This document shows, in pieces, positions 46,839-62,157 of a DNA stretch of 64,000 nt; the stretch's first letter is position 1; each line of letters begins with the position of its first letter. The stretch is from an uncultured Microbacteriaceae bacterium (GTDB taxonomy: Bacteria; Actinomycetota; Actinomycetes; Actinomycetales; Microbacteriaceae), in contig CAKUJB010000001.1 in assembly GCA_934661165.1 (NCBI GenBank), forward strand, positions 1,889 to 65,888, given 5' to 3'. The notes under the pieces were generated by a model that was not told the DNA's origin, did no database searches, and was given only the letters and a program-made list of their open reading frames with translations. A program made the position numbers and the translations under genes.

Positions 46839-47626
46839 GCAACGAACCCAGGGTGATCGTCCACGCGGACACGGAAGCGCTCCTGCAGGTCCACGCGCGC
46901 CGCTTCATCAAGCGGGCGCGGGGCGTCATGGCGGAGTTCGGAGAGTTCACCGTCGCCCTCACGGGCGGCACGCTCGGCATCGCCTCGCTCGCGGCAGTTC
47001 GCGAGCATCCGGAATGCGACTCGATCGACTGGTCCAGGGTCAACGTGTGGTGGGGCGACGAGCGGTGGGTGCCACGCGCGCATCCCGACCGCAACGCGGT
47101 GCAGGCGCGGCAGGCGCTCCTCGACCACGTGCCGCTGGATCCCACGCGCGTGCATGAGTTCCCCGCCTCCGACGACGGGATCGACCTCGACGCGGGCGCG
47201 GAGCGCTACGCCGCGGAGCTGCGCGCCGCCGCCCCGCTCGGCCAGTCGCTCCCGGCCTTCGACGTCGTGTTCCTCGGCGTCGGCCCCGATGGGCACGTCG
47301 CGTCGATGTTCCCCGGCAGCGACGCCGTGCGCGAGCGCGTGCGCACGGTGCTCCCGATCCGCAACTCGCCGAAGCCGCCGCCAGAGCGGCTGACCCTGAC
47401 CTTCCCGGTGATCAACTCGGCCGCCCGGGTCATCGTGCTCCTCGCGGGCGCGGAGAAGGCGGGCGCCCTCGGACTCGGGCTCGCGGGGGCGAGCGTCGAC
47501 GAGGTGCCGCTCGCGGGCGTGCTCGGCCGGCGCAGCACACTCTTCCACGTCGACGCGAGCGCCGCCGCCCAGGTGCCGCCGTCGCTCATCGAGGGCGAGC
47601 AGTACTGGACCGCCTCCGACGACTGA
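46835..47626 (+). CDS. pgl: 6-phosphogluconolactonase
   Basis: GTG at 46835 (GTGA overlap) gives ...VALTGGT...WWGDERWVP...LGVGPDGHVASMFPG. Confidence 0.92.
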   Translation: MSNEPRVIVHADTEALLQVHARRFIKRARGVMAEFGEFTVALTGGTLGIASLAAVREHPECDSIDWSRVNVWWGDERWVPRAHPDRNAVQARQALLDHVPLDPTRVHEFPASDDGIDLDAGAERYAAELRAAAPLGQSLPAFDVVFLGVGPDGHVASMFPGSDAVRERVRTVLPIRNSPKPPPERLTLTFPVINSAARVIVLLAGAEKAGALGLGLAGASVDEVPLAGVLGRRSTLFHVDASAAAQVPPSLIEGEQYWTASDD

Positions 47627-47646
47627 CGGGGGCGCCGGAACCCGGC

Positions 47647-48003
47647 TCAGTGACCGCCGCGGCGGTCCCGGACCTGCTGGAGCGCGTCCTGAAGGATCTG
47701 CGCCGCCTCCTGGTCGGTGCGGCGCTCCTTCACGTAGGCGAGGTGCGTCTTGTACGGCTCGTTCTTCGCGAGGCTCGGCGGGTGCTCGCGATCGCGGCCG
47801 GCCGGAAGCCCGCTCATCGGCGAGTCGATCGTCTCCGGGAGCTCCTCATCGGGGAGATCGGCGGCGAAGTACCGGATCGTCTCGTTGCCCAGGGCGTCCC
47901 AGTACGAGACCGCGCGACGGTCCGCGGTGATCCCCCGGTCCTGCTCCCCCATCGGGCCGGCGCCGACGCGCGACCCACGAATAGCACTGCCCCCGACTGC
48001 CAA
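47647..48003 (-). CDS. rbpA: RNA polymerase-binding protein RbpA
   Basis: TTG at 48003 (AAGGGGG RBS) gives (M)AVGGSAIRGSRVGAGPMGEQDRG...KTHLAYVKERRT, resembling the mycobacterial RbpA N-terminus LRGSRLGA... Confidence 0.85.
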   Translation of the reverse strand: MAVGGSAIRGSRVGAGPMGEQDRGITADRRAVSYWDALGNETIRYFAADLPDEELPETIDSPMSGLPAGRDREHPPSLAKNEPYKTHLAYVKERRTDQEAAQILQDALQQVRDRRGGH

Positions 48004-48042
48004 CGGAGCCCCCTTACGCTTCCTGTTGCGATGCTGCGGCCG

Positions 48043-48291
48043 TCAGACGACGGCGAACTTGGTGATGAGGCCGAGCAGCACGATGCACACGAGCCAGGTC
48101 ACCCCGAGCAGGATCGTGACCCGATTCAGATTCCGCTCGGCGACGCCGGAGGCGCCGAGGTTGGAGGTGACGCCGCCGCCGAACATGTCGGAGAGCCCAC
48201 CGCCACGACCCTTGTGCAGCAGGATCATCAGGGTGAGCAGGAGGCTCGTGACCCCGAGCAGGATCTGGAGCACGACTTGCAGGACGCTCAT
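48043..48291 (-). CDS. secG: preprotein translocase subunit SecG
   Basis: 82 aa, two TM segments, with LLHKGRGGGLSDMFGGG. Confidence 0.9.
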   Translation of the reverse strand: MSVLQVVLQILLGVTSLLLTLMILLHKGRGGGLSDMFGGGVTSNLGASGVAERNLNRVTILLGVTWLVCIVLLGLITKFAVV

Positions 48292-48307
48292 GGTGATCTA
48301 GCTTACT

Positions 48308-49117
48308 TCAGACGCCGACGTGCTTCTGGAAGCGCGCGATCGCGGCGAACTCCTGCGGATCGAGGCTCGCCCCGCCGACGAGGGCGCCGTCGAGGTCCGA
48401 CTCGCGGAGGAAGGCGGCGATGTTCGAGGACTTCACAGAGCCGCCGTACAGGATCCGCGTCGCCGCCGCCCGCGAGTCTCCCAGCAACTCGCCGACGAGA
48501 CCACGGAGTGCCGCGGCGACCTGCTGGGCCTGCTCCGGCGTCGCCGCCTGGCCCGATCCGATCGCCCAGACCGGCTCGTAGGCGATGACCAGCTCGGCCT
48601 CCGGCGCCGTGGCGCGCACCGCATCGAGCACCGCACGCAGCTGCTCGAGCGGGACCGCGGCCGCGCCGCGCGTCTCGAGGTCGTCGGCGGTCTCGCCGAC
48701 GCACACGACGGGCACGAGGTTGTGCCGGATCGCCGCGAGGGCCTTCGCCGCGACGACCTCGTCCGTCTCGGCGTGGTGCGTGCGACGCTCGGAGTGTCCG
48801 ACGATGACGTACCCGCAGCCGAGCGCCTTGAGGAATGCGCCGCTCACCTCGCCCGTGTACGCGCCGCTGTCGTGCACCGAGAGATCCTGCGCGCCGTACC
48901 GGAGATCCCGGAGCACCTTCTCCCCCGCCACGACGTTCTGCACCGAGCGCAGATCCGTGAACGGCGGGAACACGACGACCTCCGCGCCTTCGGCGCCGTA
49001 GATGTGGCGCGCGTCCTGCAGCGTGTAGCCGAGCTTCTGCACGACGGCGATCGCCTGGAAGTGATCGAGATGCATCTTCCAGTTGCCCGCGATGAGCGGG
49101 ATCCGCGTCAGCGCCAT
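48308..49117 (-). CDS. tpiA: triose-phosphate isomerase
   Basis: [18 protein letters not shown] and [11 protein letters not shown]. Confidence 0.95.
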   Translation of the reverse strand: MALTRIPLIAGNWKMHLDHFQAIAVVQKLGYTLQDARHIYGAEGAEVVVFPPFTDLRSVQNVVAGEKVLRDLRYGAQDLSVHDSGAYTGEVSGAFLKALGCGYVIVGHSERRTHHAETDEVVAAKALAAIRHNLVPVVCVGETADDLETRGAAAVPLEQLRAVLDAVRATAPEAELVIAYEPVWAIGSGQAATPEQAQQVAAALRGLVGELLGDSRAAATRILYGGSVKSSNIAAFLRESDLDGALVGGASLDPQEFAAIARFQKHVGV

Positions 49118-50322
49118 CCGAGCGCCTCCAGCCCGGGCAGCGGCTTGCCCTCGAGGAACTCGAGGCTCGCCCCGCCCCCGGTCGAGATGTGGCCGAACTC
49201 GTGGTCGCCGAACCCGAGCCGGCGCACGGCCGCGGCCGAGTCGCCGCCGCCGACGACCGAGAAGCCGGCGGTCGAGGTGAGCGCCTGCGCGACCGCGCGG
49301 GTGCCGGCCGCGAACGAGGGGAACTCGAAAACGCCCATGGGGCCGTTCCAGAACACGGTCCGCGATTGCGCGATGCGCTCGGCGAATCGCGCGCTGGACT
49401 CCGGGCCGATGTCGAGTCCGATCCCCGCGGCCCCGAAGCGGCTCGACTCGATCGCGTCGGCGGCGACGGTCTCGACCTCGGCGTCGGCCGCGAAGCGGTC
49501 CGCGAGGACGATGTCGCTCGGCAGCTCGACCGTGACGCCGAGCTCCGCGGCGCGTCGCAGGTAGCCGGCGACCGTCGGGATCTGCTCGCGCTCGAGGAGA
49601 CTCGCGCCGACGGCATGCCCCTGCGCGGCGAGGAAGGTGAAGAGCATGCCCCCGCCGATGACGAGCGTGTCGACCTTCGGCAGCAGGGCGTCGATGACAG
49701 CGAGCTTGTCGGAGACCTTCGCACCGCCGAGGACGACGGTGTACGGCCGCTCCGGCGAGGTCGTGAGCCGCTCGAGCACGCCCACCTCCTGCTCGACGAG
49801 CAGCCCCGCCGCGCTCGGCAGCAGTGCGGCGAGCTCCGTGACGCTCGCCTGACGGCGATGCATGACGCCGAAGCCGTCGCCGACGTACGCGTCGGCGAAG
49901 CCCGCGAGTCGGCTCGCGAACTCCCGTCGCTCCGCCTCGTCCTTCGAGGTCTCTCCCGGCTCGAAGCGCAGGTTCTCGAGCAGGAGCACCTCGCCGGGGG
50001 CGAGGCGCTCGGCCGCGCCTGCTGCCTCGGGGCCCGCGGTATCGCCCGCGACGCCGACGGTCTGCCCGAGCAGCTCGCCGAGTCGCAGCGCCACGGGCTT
50101 CAGCGTGTAGCGCGGATCGGGGGCGCCGTCGGGCCGACCGAGATGGGAGCCGAGGACGAGCCCGGCCCCCGCCTGCAGCAGCGCGCGGAGCGTCGGCAGG
50201 GTCGCCCGCACCCGGCCGTCGTCGGTGATCCTGCCCGCGTCCATCGGGACGTTGAGATCGCAGCGGACGAAGACCCGCGTGCCCTCGAGGTCTCCGAGGG
50301 AGGAGATGGTGCGCAGCGTCAT
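49108..50322 (-). CDS. pgk: phosphoglycerate kinase
   Basis: ATG at 50322 gives [26 protein letters not shown]...SHLGRP...[14 protein letters not shown]. Confidence 0.95.
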   Translation of the reverse strand: MTLRTISSLGDLEGTRVFVRCDLNVPMDAGRITDDGRVRATLPTLRALLQAGAGLVLGSHLGRPDGAPDPRYTLKPVALRLGELLGQTVGVAGDTAGPEAAGAAERLAPGEVLLLENLRFEPGETSKDEAERREFASRLAGFADAYVGDGFGVMHRRQASVTELAALLPSAAGLLVEQEVGVLERLTTSPERPYTVVLGGAKVSDKLAVIDALLPKVDTLVIGGGMLFTFLAAQGHAVGASLLEREQIPTVAGYLRRAAELGVTVELPSDIVLADRFAADAEVETVAADAIESSRFGAAGIGLDIGPESSARFAERIAQSRTVFWNGPMGVFEFPSFAAGTRAVAQALTSTAGFSVVGGGDSAAAVRRLGFGDHEFGHISTGGGASLEFLEGKPLPGLEALGWR

Positions 50323-50344
50323 GCCGTGTCGTGCCGTCCTTCGG

Positions 50345-51463
<1,119 letters not shown>

Positions 51464-52084
51464 TCAGACGAGCAGGCCCGGCGTCTTGTCGATCGCGTTC
51501 GCGAGGCGGGACTGCACGTTGCTCCAGTCGACGATGTTCCAGAACGCCTTGACGTAGTCCGCGCGGACGTTCTTGTAGTCGAGGTAGTACGCGTGCTCCC
51601 AGACGTCGAGGAGCAGCAGCGGCACGGTGCCGGCCGCGAACTGCGACTGCTGGTCGAAGAACTGCTGGATGATGACGTTGCCGCCGATCGAGTCGTAGAA
51701 GAGCCCGGCCCAGCCGGAGCCCTGCACGCCGAGCGCCGCGGCCGTGAAGTGGGCCTGGAACTTGTCGAACGAGCCGAAGTGGTCGTCGATCGCCGACGCG
51801 AGGTCGCCGACCGGCTTGTCGCCGCCGTTCGGCGAGAGGTTCGTCCAGAAGATCGAGTGGTTCGTGTGCCCGCCGAGGTTGAAGGCGAGGTCCTTCTCGA
51901 GCTTGTTGACGTTGGCGAAGTCCCCGGACTCGCGCGCCGCGGCGAGGCCCGCGAGGGCCGCGTTCGCACCGCTCACGTACGCGGCATGGTGCTTGCTGTG
52001 GTGCAGCTCCATGATCGTCGCGCTGATGTGCGGTTCGAGCGCCGCGTAATCGTATGCGAGCTCCGGCAGTGTGTAATCAGCCAT
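51464..52084 (-). CDS. sodA: superoxide dismutase (Mn/Fe family)
   Basis: [24 protein letters not shown]...[13 protein letters not shown]. Confidence 0.95.
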   Translation of the reverse strand: MADYTLPELAYDYAALEPHISATIMELHHSKHHAAYVSGANAALAGLAAARESGDFANVNKLEKDLAFNLGGHTNHSIFWTNLSPNGGDKPVGDLASAIDDHFGSFDKFQAHFTAAALGVQGSGWAGLFYDSIGGNVIIQQFFDQQSQFAAGTVPLLLLDVWEHAYYLDYKNVRADYVKAFWNIVDWSNVQSRLANAIDKTPGLLV

Positions 52085-52118
52085 CGGTGGCCTCCGTTCT
52101 GCGTCGATCGGGACGCGT

Positions 52119-53102
52119 TCAGTCTAGTTGGGCGGCTTCTGGGGGGACGCTGGCCTCGGTGCCGGGGATCCCCTGCTCGACGGCGAGCTTGTCGGCCATC
52201 GCCAGCAGGCGTCGGATCCGACCCGCGACCGCGTCCTTCGTCATGGGCGGGTCCGCGTAGTGCCCGAGTTCGTCGAGGCTCGCCTCCCGGTGCGTGAGTC
52301 GCAGCTCGCCCGCGTAGGCGAGGTGCTCGGGGATGTCGGGGCCGAGGATCTCGAGCGCGCGCTCGACGCGAGCGCAGGCGGCGACCGCGGCCTGCGCGGA
52401 GCGGCGGAGATTCGCGTCGTCGAAGTTGACGAGTCGGTTCGTCTTCGCCCGGACCTCGCGCACGCTGCGCTGCGACTCCCAGTCCGCGAGCGTGCGACCG
52501 GCGCCCATCCGCCCGATGAGCCGGCCGATCGCCTCGCCCTCGCGCACGAGCACCCGCGGCTGGCCGCGCACGTCGCGGGCCTTCGCCGCGACGCCGAGGC
52601 GCCCCGCGGCGCCGACGAGGGCCATCGCGGACTCCTGGGTCGGACAGCCTACCTCGAGCGCCGCGGAGCGGCCCGGATCCGTGAGCGTCCCCGCGGCGAG
52701 GAATGCGCCGCGCCAGATCGCGGCGAGCTCCGCCGCGTTCCCGGTCGTCAACCGGTTCGGCAGGCCACGGATCGGCCGCCGGCGCTGGTCGAGCAGCCCG
52801 GTCTGGCGGGCGAGGGTCTCGCCGTCCTCGACGACGCGGACGAGGTGCCGCTCCGGTTTGCCGGCCCCGCCGGCCGGCAGCGTGCCGCGCTGCGGGCGGA
52901 TGCCGTAGATCGTCGCGATCTCGCCCGCGACGCGGTCGGCGAGCACCGCGGAGTCGAGGTCGACCTCGACCGCGATGCGCCCCGAGATGGTGTGCAGTCC
53001 CCCCGCGAACCTGAGGAGCGAGGCGAGTTCCGCGGCCCGGATCGGTGTCGTCTGCGCCGGGAGCGCGATGAGCTCCGCCTTGAGGCGATCCGTCAGTGTC
53101 AC
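52119..53102 (-). CDS. whiA: DNA-binding protein WhiA
   Basis: 327 aa starting [11 protein letters not shown]..., with a LAGLIDADG-like core and a C-terminal HTH ([25 protein letters not shown]). Confidence 0.92.
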   Translation of the reverse strand: MTLTDRLKAELIALPAQTTPIRAAELASLLRFAGGLHTISGRIAVEVDLDSAVLADRVAGEIATIYGIRPQRGTLPAGGAGKPERHLVRVVEDGETLARQTGLLDQRRRPIRGLPNRLTTGNAAELAAIWRGAFLAAGTLTDPGRSAALEVGCPTQESAMALVGAAGRLGVAAKARDVRGQPRVLVREGEAIGRLIGRMGAGRTLADWESQRSVREVRAKTNRLVNFDDANLRRSAQAAVAACARVERALEILGPDIPEHLAYAGELRLTHREASLDELGHYADPPMTKDAVAGRIRRLLAMADKLAVEQGIPGTEASVPPEAAQLD

Positions 53103-53103
53103 G

Positions 53104-53982
53104 TCATTCCTTTCCCAGGTCGCGGTGGCGTACCGTGACCGCGATGCCCGGCAGCGCCCGGAGCCGATCCGCGAGGCGCTCGGCGATCGCCACGGAGCGG
53201 TGCTTGCCGCCCGTGCAGCCGATCGCGAAGGCGGCGTTGCGCTTGTTCTCGCGCTGGTAGCCGTCGAGCGTCACCTCGAGTGCCGTGCCGTAGGCCGCGA
53301 GGAACTCCGCCGCTCCGGGCTGCCCGAGGACGAAGTCCTGGACGGCCTCGTCCTGCCCGGTGAGCGGGCGCAGCTCGGGGCGCCAGTGCGGGTTCGGCAG
53401 GAAGCGCGCGTCGGCGATGGTGTCGACGTCCGACGGCAGCCCGTACTTGAAGCCGAAGCTCACGATCGTGAGATGCACCGAGGAGCTGTCCTCCGCCGCG
53501 AAGGCGTCACGCACGCGATCGGTGAGCTGGTGCACGTTGAGCCGCGAGGTGTCGATGATGAGGTCGCTGGACTCGCGGATGTCGGCGATCCGCGTCCGCT
53601 CGGCGCGGATGCCGTCGAGCAGCGTGCCGTCGCCCTGGAGCGGATGCGGGCGGCGCACCTGCTCGAAGCGCTGCACGAGCACGTCGTCGTCGGCGTCGAG
53701 GAAGAGCGTGCGGATCGGCAGTCGGCTGTCGCGGAGGGAGCCGAGCGCGGCCGCGAGGTCGTCGAGGAGTCGACCGCCGCGGATGTCGACGACCGCGGCG
53801 ATGCGCGGGAACGCGGTGCCCTCCTGGCCGCCGAGCTCGACGAGCGGGCCGAGCATGAGCGGCGGGAGATTGTCGACGACGTACCAGCCGAGGTCCTCGA
53901 GCGCGTCCGCGACCGTGGAGCGGCCGGCACCGGACATTCCGGTGACGATGAGCAGCTCCTGGGCTTCCGGCGTGCTCGACAT
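53104..53982 (-). CDS. rapZ: RNase adapter protein RapZ (YvcJ)
   Basis: [30 protein letters not shown], ...FLDA and ...[11 protein letters not shown]. Confidence 0.93.
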   Translation of the reverse strand: MSSTPEAQELLIVTGMSGAGRSTVADALEDLGWYVVDNLPPLMLGPLVELGGQEGTAFPRIAAVVDIRGGRLLDDLAAALGSLRDSRLPIRTLFLDADDDVLVQRFEQVRRPHPLQGDGTLLDGIRAERTRIADIRESSDLIIDTSRLNVHQLTDRVRDAFAAEDSSSVHLTIVSFGFKYGLPSDVDTIADARFLPNPHWRPELRPLTGQDEAVQDFVLGQPGAAEFLAAYGTALEVTLDGYQRENKRNAAFAIGCTGGKHRSVAIAERLADRLRALPGIAVTVRHRDLGKE

Positions 53983-54001
53983 CGCGACCCATCGTATCGG
54001 G

Positions 54002-55852
54002 TCAGCCGGTGCGCTCGGCCAGCCGGTCGACGATGCGCTGGGCCATCGCGGGGCCGACGCCCTTGACCTCAGCGAGCTGCGCCGCGTCGGCCTGCCGCAC
54101 GGCGGTCACCGATCCGAAGTGACGCAGGATCTCCTTGATCCTCGCGGGCCCGAGCCCCGGCACCTCGTCGAGCACGGATCGCAGGTCGCGGCGGCGCCGG
54201 GTGCGCTGGTAGCCGATTGCGAAGCGGTGCGCCTCGTCGCGCAGCCGCTGGATGAGGAAGAGCGCGTCACTCGATCGCGGCAGCACGACGGGGTGCGCCT
54301 CGCCCGGCAGCCACAGCTCCTCGAGGCGCTTCGCGATGCCGACGAGCGCGATGTCCTCGACCCCCGCCTCCGCGAGGGCCCGCGCGGCGGCCGCGACCTG
54401 TGGCTGGCCCCCGTCGACGACGAGCAGCTGCGGCCGGTAGGCGAATCGGCCGCCCGGCGCATCGTCGAGCCGGGCGAGGCGGCGGGCGAGCGTCTGATGG
54501 ATCGCGTCGGTGTCATCTGCCGCCTCGGCGATCGAGAACTTGCGGTACTGGTCCTTGCGCGGCAGCGCATCCTCGAAGACGACCATCGAGGCGACGATGT
54601 TCGTGCCGCCGAGGTGCGAGACGTCGAAGCATTCGATGCGCAGGGGCGCCTCGGCCAGCCCGAGCGCCTCCTGGAGCTCGGTGAGCGCCGCCGTCCTGGC
54701 GATGAAGTCGGCGCTGCGCCGCGTCTTGTAGAGCTGCAGCGCCTGCTGCGCGTTGACGGCGGCCGTCTGGGCGAGGGCCGCCTTCTCCCCACGGCGAGCC
54801 ACCCCGAGCTCGACTCGTCCGCCGCGCCCTTCGATGCGCCGGGTGCCGAGCCACTCCTCAAGCACCGCGCGGTCCGTCGGCATCGCCGGCACGTAGACGA
54901 GCTTCGGTGGCGCCTGATCCTCGGCGTACGCGGTCTCGAGGACGGTCTCGATGAGCTCCGGGAGCGGCACGTCGAGCTCCTTGTCGACCGTCCAGGCCCG
55001 CACGCCGCGCACACGGCCGCCGCGCACCATGAACTGCTGGACGGCGGCCGCGAGCTCGTCGTCGGCGACGCCGAAGAAGTCGGCGTCGAGCTCCTCGTCG
55101 AGCACGACGGCGTTGCGCTCCAGGGCCCACTGCATGGCCTGCAGCTGGTCGCGGTAGCGCGCCGCGGATTCGTAGTCCTGCGCCTCGGCGGCCTCGGTCA
55201 TCCGCCGCCGCGCCTCCCGGATGAACCGCTGGTCGCCGCCCTCGACGAAGCTCGCGAAGTCGATGGCGATCGCCTTGTGCTCCGCCTGGCTCACGCGTCC
55301 GACGCACGGCGCCGCGCACTTGCCGATGTCGCCGAGCAGGCAGGGCCGGCCGCTGCGCTTGGCGCGCGCGTACACGCCATCGGTGCACGAGCGCATCGGG
55401 AACGCCTTGAGCAGGGTGTCGACGGTGTCGCGGATCGCCCAGGCCCGCGAGTACGGGCCGAAGTACCGGGCGTGCCGGATCCCCCGGGTCCGCGTGACGA
55501 AGACGCGCGGCACGTCGGCGCCGAGAGTGATCGCGAGGTACGGGTAGCTCTTGTCGTCCTTGTACTGGACGTTGAACGGCGGATCGAACTCCTTGATCCA
55601 CGTCCACTCGAGCTGCAGCGCCTCGAAGTCGGAGCCCACGACGGTCCACTCGACGCTCCGCGCCGTGAGCACCATGTGCCGCGTCCGGTCGTGGAGGGTC
55701 GACAGCGGCGCGAAGTAGTTCGCGAGCCGGTTCCGCAGGTTCTTCGCCTTGCCGACGTAGAGGATGCGCTGATCGGCGTCGCGGAAGCGATAGACCCCCG
55801 GGCTCGTGGGGATCTCCCCCGACCTGGGCCGCCAGGCCAGCTCCTCGGCCAC
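54002..55852 (-). CDS. uvrC: excinuclease ABC subunit C
   Basis: 616 aa with [25 protein letters not shown] (GIY-YIG), a UVR domain, and a C-terminal HhH. Confidence 0.95.
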   Translation of the reverse strand: MAEELAWRPRSGEIPTSPGVYRFRDADQRILYVGKAKNLRNRLANYFAPLSTLHDRTRHMVLTARSVEWTVVGSDFEALQLEWTWIKEFDPPFNVQYKDDKSYPYLAITLGADVPRVFVTRTRGIRHARYFGPYSRAWAIRDTVDTLLKAFPMRSCTDGVYARAKRSGRPCLLGDIGKCAAPCVGRVSQAEHKAIAIDFASFVEGGDQRFIREARRRMTEAAEAQDYESAARYRDQLQAMQWALERNAVVLDEELDADFFGVADDELAAAVQQFMVRGGRVRGVRAWTVDKELDVPLPELIETVLETAYAEDQAPPKLVYVPAMPTDRAVLEEWLGTRRIEGRGGRVELGVARRGEKAALAQTAAVNAQQALQLYKTRRSADFIARTAALTELQEALGLAEAPLRIECFDVSHLGGTNIVASMVVFEDALPRKDQYRKFSIAEAADDTDAIHQTLARRLARLDDAPGGRFAYRPQLLVVDGGQPQVAAAARALAEAGVEDIALVGIAKRLEELWLPGEAHPVVLPRSSDALFLIQRLRDEAHRFAIGYQRTRRRRDLRSVLDEVPGLGPARIKEILRHFGSVTAVRQADAAQLAEVKGVGPAMAQRIVDRLAERTG

Positions 55853-55853
55853 C

Positions 55854-58736
<2,883 letters not shown>

Positions 58737-58779
58737 TGGAGCATCCTAAGCAGGCGGGGACGTGCGGACAGGGAGCGAC

Positions 58780-58795
58780 TCGAAGATATCTTCGA
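58780..58795. promoter_or_regulatory. perfect 16-bp palindrome upstream of uvrA (LexA/SOS-box-like)
   Basis: TCGAAGATATCTTCGA lies 44-59 nt upstream of the uvrA ATG. It resembles the actinobacterial SOS box TCGAAC-N4-GTTCGA, but the normally conserved C/G of GAAC/GTTC is swapped symmetrically to GAAG/CTTC. Confidence 0.4.
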
Positions 58796-58805
58796 TTCCT
58801 GAGTG

Positions 58806-60863
58806 TCAGGTGACATGCCCCGCGGCCTCGAGCTGGCGCAGCGCCTTCTTGAGGTCCTGAAGCTCGTCGCGCAGGCGCGCGGCGAGCTCGAACTTGAGCT
58901 CCTCCGCTGCCGACAGCATCTGCGCGGTGAGGTCGGCGATCTGGCTCTCGAGCTCGGCCGCGCCGCTCGCGGAGATGCCGGAGCGCAGCGGTGCGGCGGC
59001 CCCCTTGCGGGGGCGCTCGCCGAGCAGCGCCGCGGTGTCGGCCTGCTCGCGCGCGAGGACCTCGGTGATGTCACGGATCCGTTTGCGCAGCGGCTGCGGG
59101 TCGATGCCGCGCTCCGTGTTGTAGGCGATCTGCTTCTCGCGCCGGCGGTTCGTCTCGTCGAGCGCCGCGGCCATGGCGCGCGTCACGTGATCGGCGTACA
59201 TGTGCACCTCGCCGTTCACATTTCGGGCGGCGCGACCGATGGTCTGGATGAGCGAGGTCGCCGAGCGGAGGAAGCCCTCCTTGTCGGCGTCGAGGATTGC
59301 CACGAGCGATACCTCCGGGAGGTCGAGTCCCTCGCGCAGGAGGTTGATGCCGACGAGCACGTCGTACACGCCGGCGCGCAGCTCCGTCAGCAGCTCCACC
59401 CGCCGCAGCGTGTCGACGTCGGAGTGCAGGTAGCGCACGCGGACGCCGTGCTCGGCGAGGAACTCGGTGAGCTCCTCCGCCATCTTCTTCGTGAGCGTCG
59501 TGACGAGCACCCGCTCGTCGCGCTCGACGCGCAGCCGGATCTGCTCGAGGAGATCGTCGATCTGGCCCTGCGACGGCTTGACGACCACGAGCGGGTCGAC
59601 GAGACCGGTCGGCCGGATGACCTGCTCGACGACGCCGTCCGCCAGTCCGAGCTCGTAGGCCGCGGGCGTCGCGGAGAGGTAGACCTTCTGCCCGACTCGC
59701 GCGAGGAACTCGTCGAACTTGAGCGGCCGGTTGTCGAGCGCGCTCGGCAGGCGGAAGCCGTGCTCGACGAGCGTGCGCTTGCGCGAGGCGTCGCCCTCGT
59801 ACATCGCACCGATCTGCGGGACCGTCACGTGCGACTCGTCGATGACGACGAGGAAGTCCTCCGGGAAGTAGTCGAGGAGGGTGTGCGGCGGCTCGCCGGG
59901 ACGCCGGTCCTCGAAATGCCGCGAGTAGTTCTCGATGCCGGAGCAGAAGCCGATCTGCTCGAGCATCTCGAGGTCGAACGTCGTGCGCATCCGCAGCCGC
60001 TGGGCCTCGAGCAGCTTGCCCTGCCGCTCGAACTCCGCGAGCCGCTCCTCGAGCTCCTGCCGGATCGTGACGGTCGCGCGTCGCACGGTGTCCGGGCTCG
60101 CGGCGTAGTGCGTGCCGGGGAAGATCGACACGGCGTCGAGCCGCTCGAGCACGGCACCCGTGATGGGATGCAGGTGATGGATCGCCTCGATCTCGTCGCC
60201 GAAGAGCTCGATGCGTACCGCGAGCTCCTCGTAGACGGGGATGATCTCGATCGTGTCGCCCTTGACCCGGAACTTGCCGCGCGAGAAGTCGTAGTCGTTG
60301 CGTTCGTACTGCATGTCGATGAAGCGTCGGATGAGCCGGTCGCGATCGATGCGATCGCCGACCTGGAGCGCGATCATCGCCGCGAGGTAGTCCTCCGCGG
60401 CGCCGAGCCCGTAGATGCACGACACGGTCGACACGACGACGACGTCGCGGCGCGAGAGCAGCGCATTCGTCGTCGAGTGCCGCAGCCGCTCGACCTCGGC
60501 GTTGATCGAGGAGTCCTTCTCGATGAAGGTGTCCGTCTGCGGGACGTACGCCTCGGGCTGGTAGTAGTCGTAATAGCTCACGAAGTACTCGACCGCATTC
60601 TGCGGGAGCAGCTCACGGAACTCGTTCGCGAGCTGCGCGGCGAGCGTCTTGTTGTGGCTGAGCACGAGCGTCGGACGCTGCACCTGCTCGATGAGCCACG
60701 CGGTCGTCGCCGACTTGCCCGTGCCGGTCGCGCCGAGGAGCACGATGTCGGTCTCCCCCGCGCGCACCCGGGCGGCGAGCTCCGCGATCGCCTGCGGCTG
60801 GTCGCCGCTCGGCGAGTACTCGCTGATGACCTCGAAAGGGCGTACCGCCCGTGTCGCGTCCAC
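58806..60863 (-). CDS. uvrB: excinuclease ABC subunit B
   Basis: 685 aa with [23 protein letters not shown], and a C-terminal UVR motif. Confidence 0.96.
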   Translation of the reverse strand: MDATRAVRPFEVISEYSPSGDQPQAIAELAARVRAGETDIVLLGATGTGKSATTAWLIEQVQRPTLVLSHNKTLAAQLANEFRELLPQNAVEYFVSYYDYYQPEAYVPQTDTFIEKDSSINAEVERLRHSTTNALLSRRDVVVVSTVSCIYGLGAAEDYLAAMIALQVGDRIDRDRLIRRFIDMQYERNDYDFSRGKFRVKGDTIEIIPVYEELAVRIELFGDEIEAIHHLHPITGAVLERLDAVSIFPGTHYAASPDTVRRATVTIRQELEERLAEFERQGKLLEAQRLRMRTTFDLEMLEQIGFCSGIENYSRHFEDRRPGEPPHTLLDYFPEDFLVVIDESHVTVPQIGAMYEGDASRKRTLVEHGFRLPSALDNRPLKFDEFLARVGQKVYLSATPAAYELGLADGVVEQVIRPTGLVDPLVVVKPSQGQIDDLLEQIRLRVERDERVLVTTLTKKMAEELTEFLAEHGVRVRYLHSDVDTLRRVELLTELRAGVYDVLVGINLLREGLDLPEVSLVAILDADKEGFLRSATSLIQTIGRAARNVNGEVHMYADHVTRAMAAALDETNRRREKQIAYNTERGIDPQPLRKRIRDITEVLAREQADTAALLGERPRKGAAAPLRSGISASGAAELESQIADLTAQMLSAAEELKFELAARLRDELQDLKKALRQLEAAGHVT

Positions 60864-60891
60864 CCGACCAGGCTAGGCGCAGCCTCTGACA

Positions 60892-61494
60892 TCAGGCCGT
60901 GAGATCCGCCCAGAGCGAATCGACCTGGGCGAGTGTCGCTTCGATCGTGCCGTCGTTGTCGATGACGTCCGTCGCGATCGTCTGGCGCTCGGCCTCGCTC
61001 GCCTGCGCCGCGATGCGCGCGAGCGCGGCGGCCTCGTCCAGGCCGCGGTGCTCGACCATGCGCCGCACCCGCGTCGCTTCGTCGGCGGCGACCGTGATGA
61101 TCCGATCGAAGGGCTCCTCGCGGTGGCGCCCGGTCTCAACGAGCAGCGGGATGTCGTAGACGATGACCGCGTCCGGATCGGCCGCGGCGGCCGCCTCGAT
61201 CGCGGCGCGCGACAGGCGCACGACCTCCGGATGCACGATCGCGTTGAGTGCCGCGAGCCGCGCGGGATCGCCGAAGACGAGCGCGCCGAGCGCCGGGCGA
61301 TCGAGCGAGCCGTCCGGCAGCCGCAGCGAGGCGCCGAACTCGGCGAGGATCCGCTCGAGTCCCGGGGTCCCGGGTGCAACCGCTTCGCGGGCGAGCACGT
61401 CGGCGTCGATGACGACCGCGCCGAGCTCGCGGAGCCGATCGGCGACGAGGGACTTGCCCGAGGCGATGCCCCCGGTCAGCGCGATGAGCTGCAT
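60892..61494 (-). CDS. coaE: dephospho-CoA kinase
   Basis: MQLIALTGGIASGKS (P-loop) ...VIDADVLARE...VYDIPLLVE. Confidence 0.92.
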   Translation of the reverse strand: MQLIALTGGIASGKSLVADRLRELGAVVIDADVLAREAVAPGTPGLERILAEFGASLRLPDGSLDRPALGALVFGDPARLAALNAIVHPEVVRLSRAAIEAAAAADPDAVIVYDIPLLVETGRHREEPFDRIITVAADEATRVRRMVEHRGLDEAAALARIAAQASEAERQTIATDVIDNDGTIEATLAQVDSLWADLTA

Positions 61495-61530
61495 CCCCCC
61501 AGCCTAGGAGCGCGTGCTAGCGTTCCCGCC

Positions 61531-62157
61531 ATGGAGGCCCTGCTCGGCTCGCTCATGGGGACCGGGCTCGCGATCGCCGCGGGCTTCCGCGCATTCCTCC
61601 CGATGGTCGCGCTGGGCATCGCCGGGCACTTCATCCCGGGATTCGACCTCCCCGAGGCCTGGCGGTGGCTCGAGCACGAGTGGGTCATCGTCATCATGCT
61701 CGTGCTCCTCATCATCGACATCGTCGCGGACAAGGTGCCCTGGGTCGACTCGATCAACGACGTCATCCAGACGATCGTCCGGCCCGCCGCTGGCGGCATC
61801 GTCTTCGGCGCGAGCAGCGGGGCGACGACGGCGCTCGTCGAGGACCCCGCGACGTTCTTCGCCTCGAACCAGTGGGTGCCCGTTGTCATCGGCGTCGTCA
61901 TCGCGCTCGCGACCCACGTCGCGAAGCTGCTCGGACGCGCGGCGCTCAACACCGTCACCGGCGGCGCCGCCGCGCCCGCCGCATCGGTCGCCGAGGACGG
62001 CGCGGCGGTCTCGCTGAGCCTCAGCGCCATCCTCTTCCCACTCGCCGTCATCGTCGTCCTCGCGGGGATCGCCCTCGCGGTGTGGCTCGCGCTGCGCGGG
62101 ATCCGTCGGCGACGGAGATCCGCGGACGCGCCAGCCGCGCCGGCGCCCGAGAACTGA
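61531..62157 (+). CDS. DUF4126-like integral membrane protein
   Basis: ATG at 61531 gives MEALLGSLMGTGLAIAAGFRAFLPMVALG...DIVADKVPWVDSINDVIQT.... Several TM segments and a basic tail. Confidence 0.7.
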   Translation: MEALLGSLMGTGLAIAAGFRAFLPMVALGIAGHFIPGFDLPEAWRWLEHEWVIVIMLVLLIIDIVADKVPWVDSINDVIQTIVRPAAGGIVFGASSGATTALVEDPATFFASNQWVPVVIGVVIALATHVAKLLGRAALNTVTGGAAAPAASVAEDGAAVSLSLSAILFPLAVIVVLAGIALAVWLALRGIRRRRRSADAPAAPAPEN

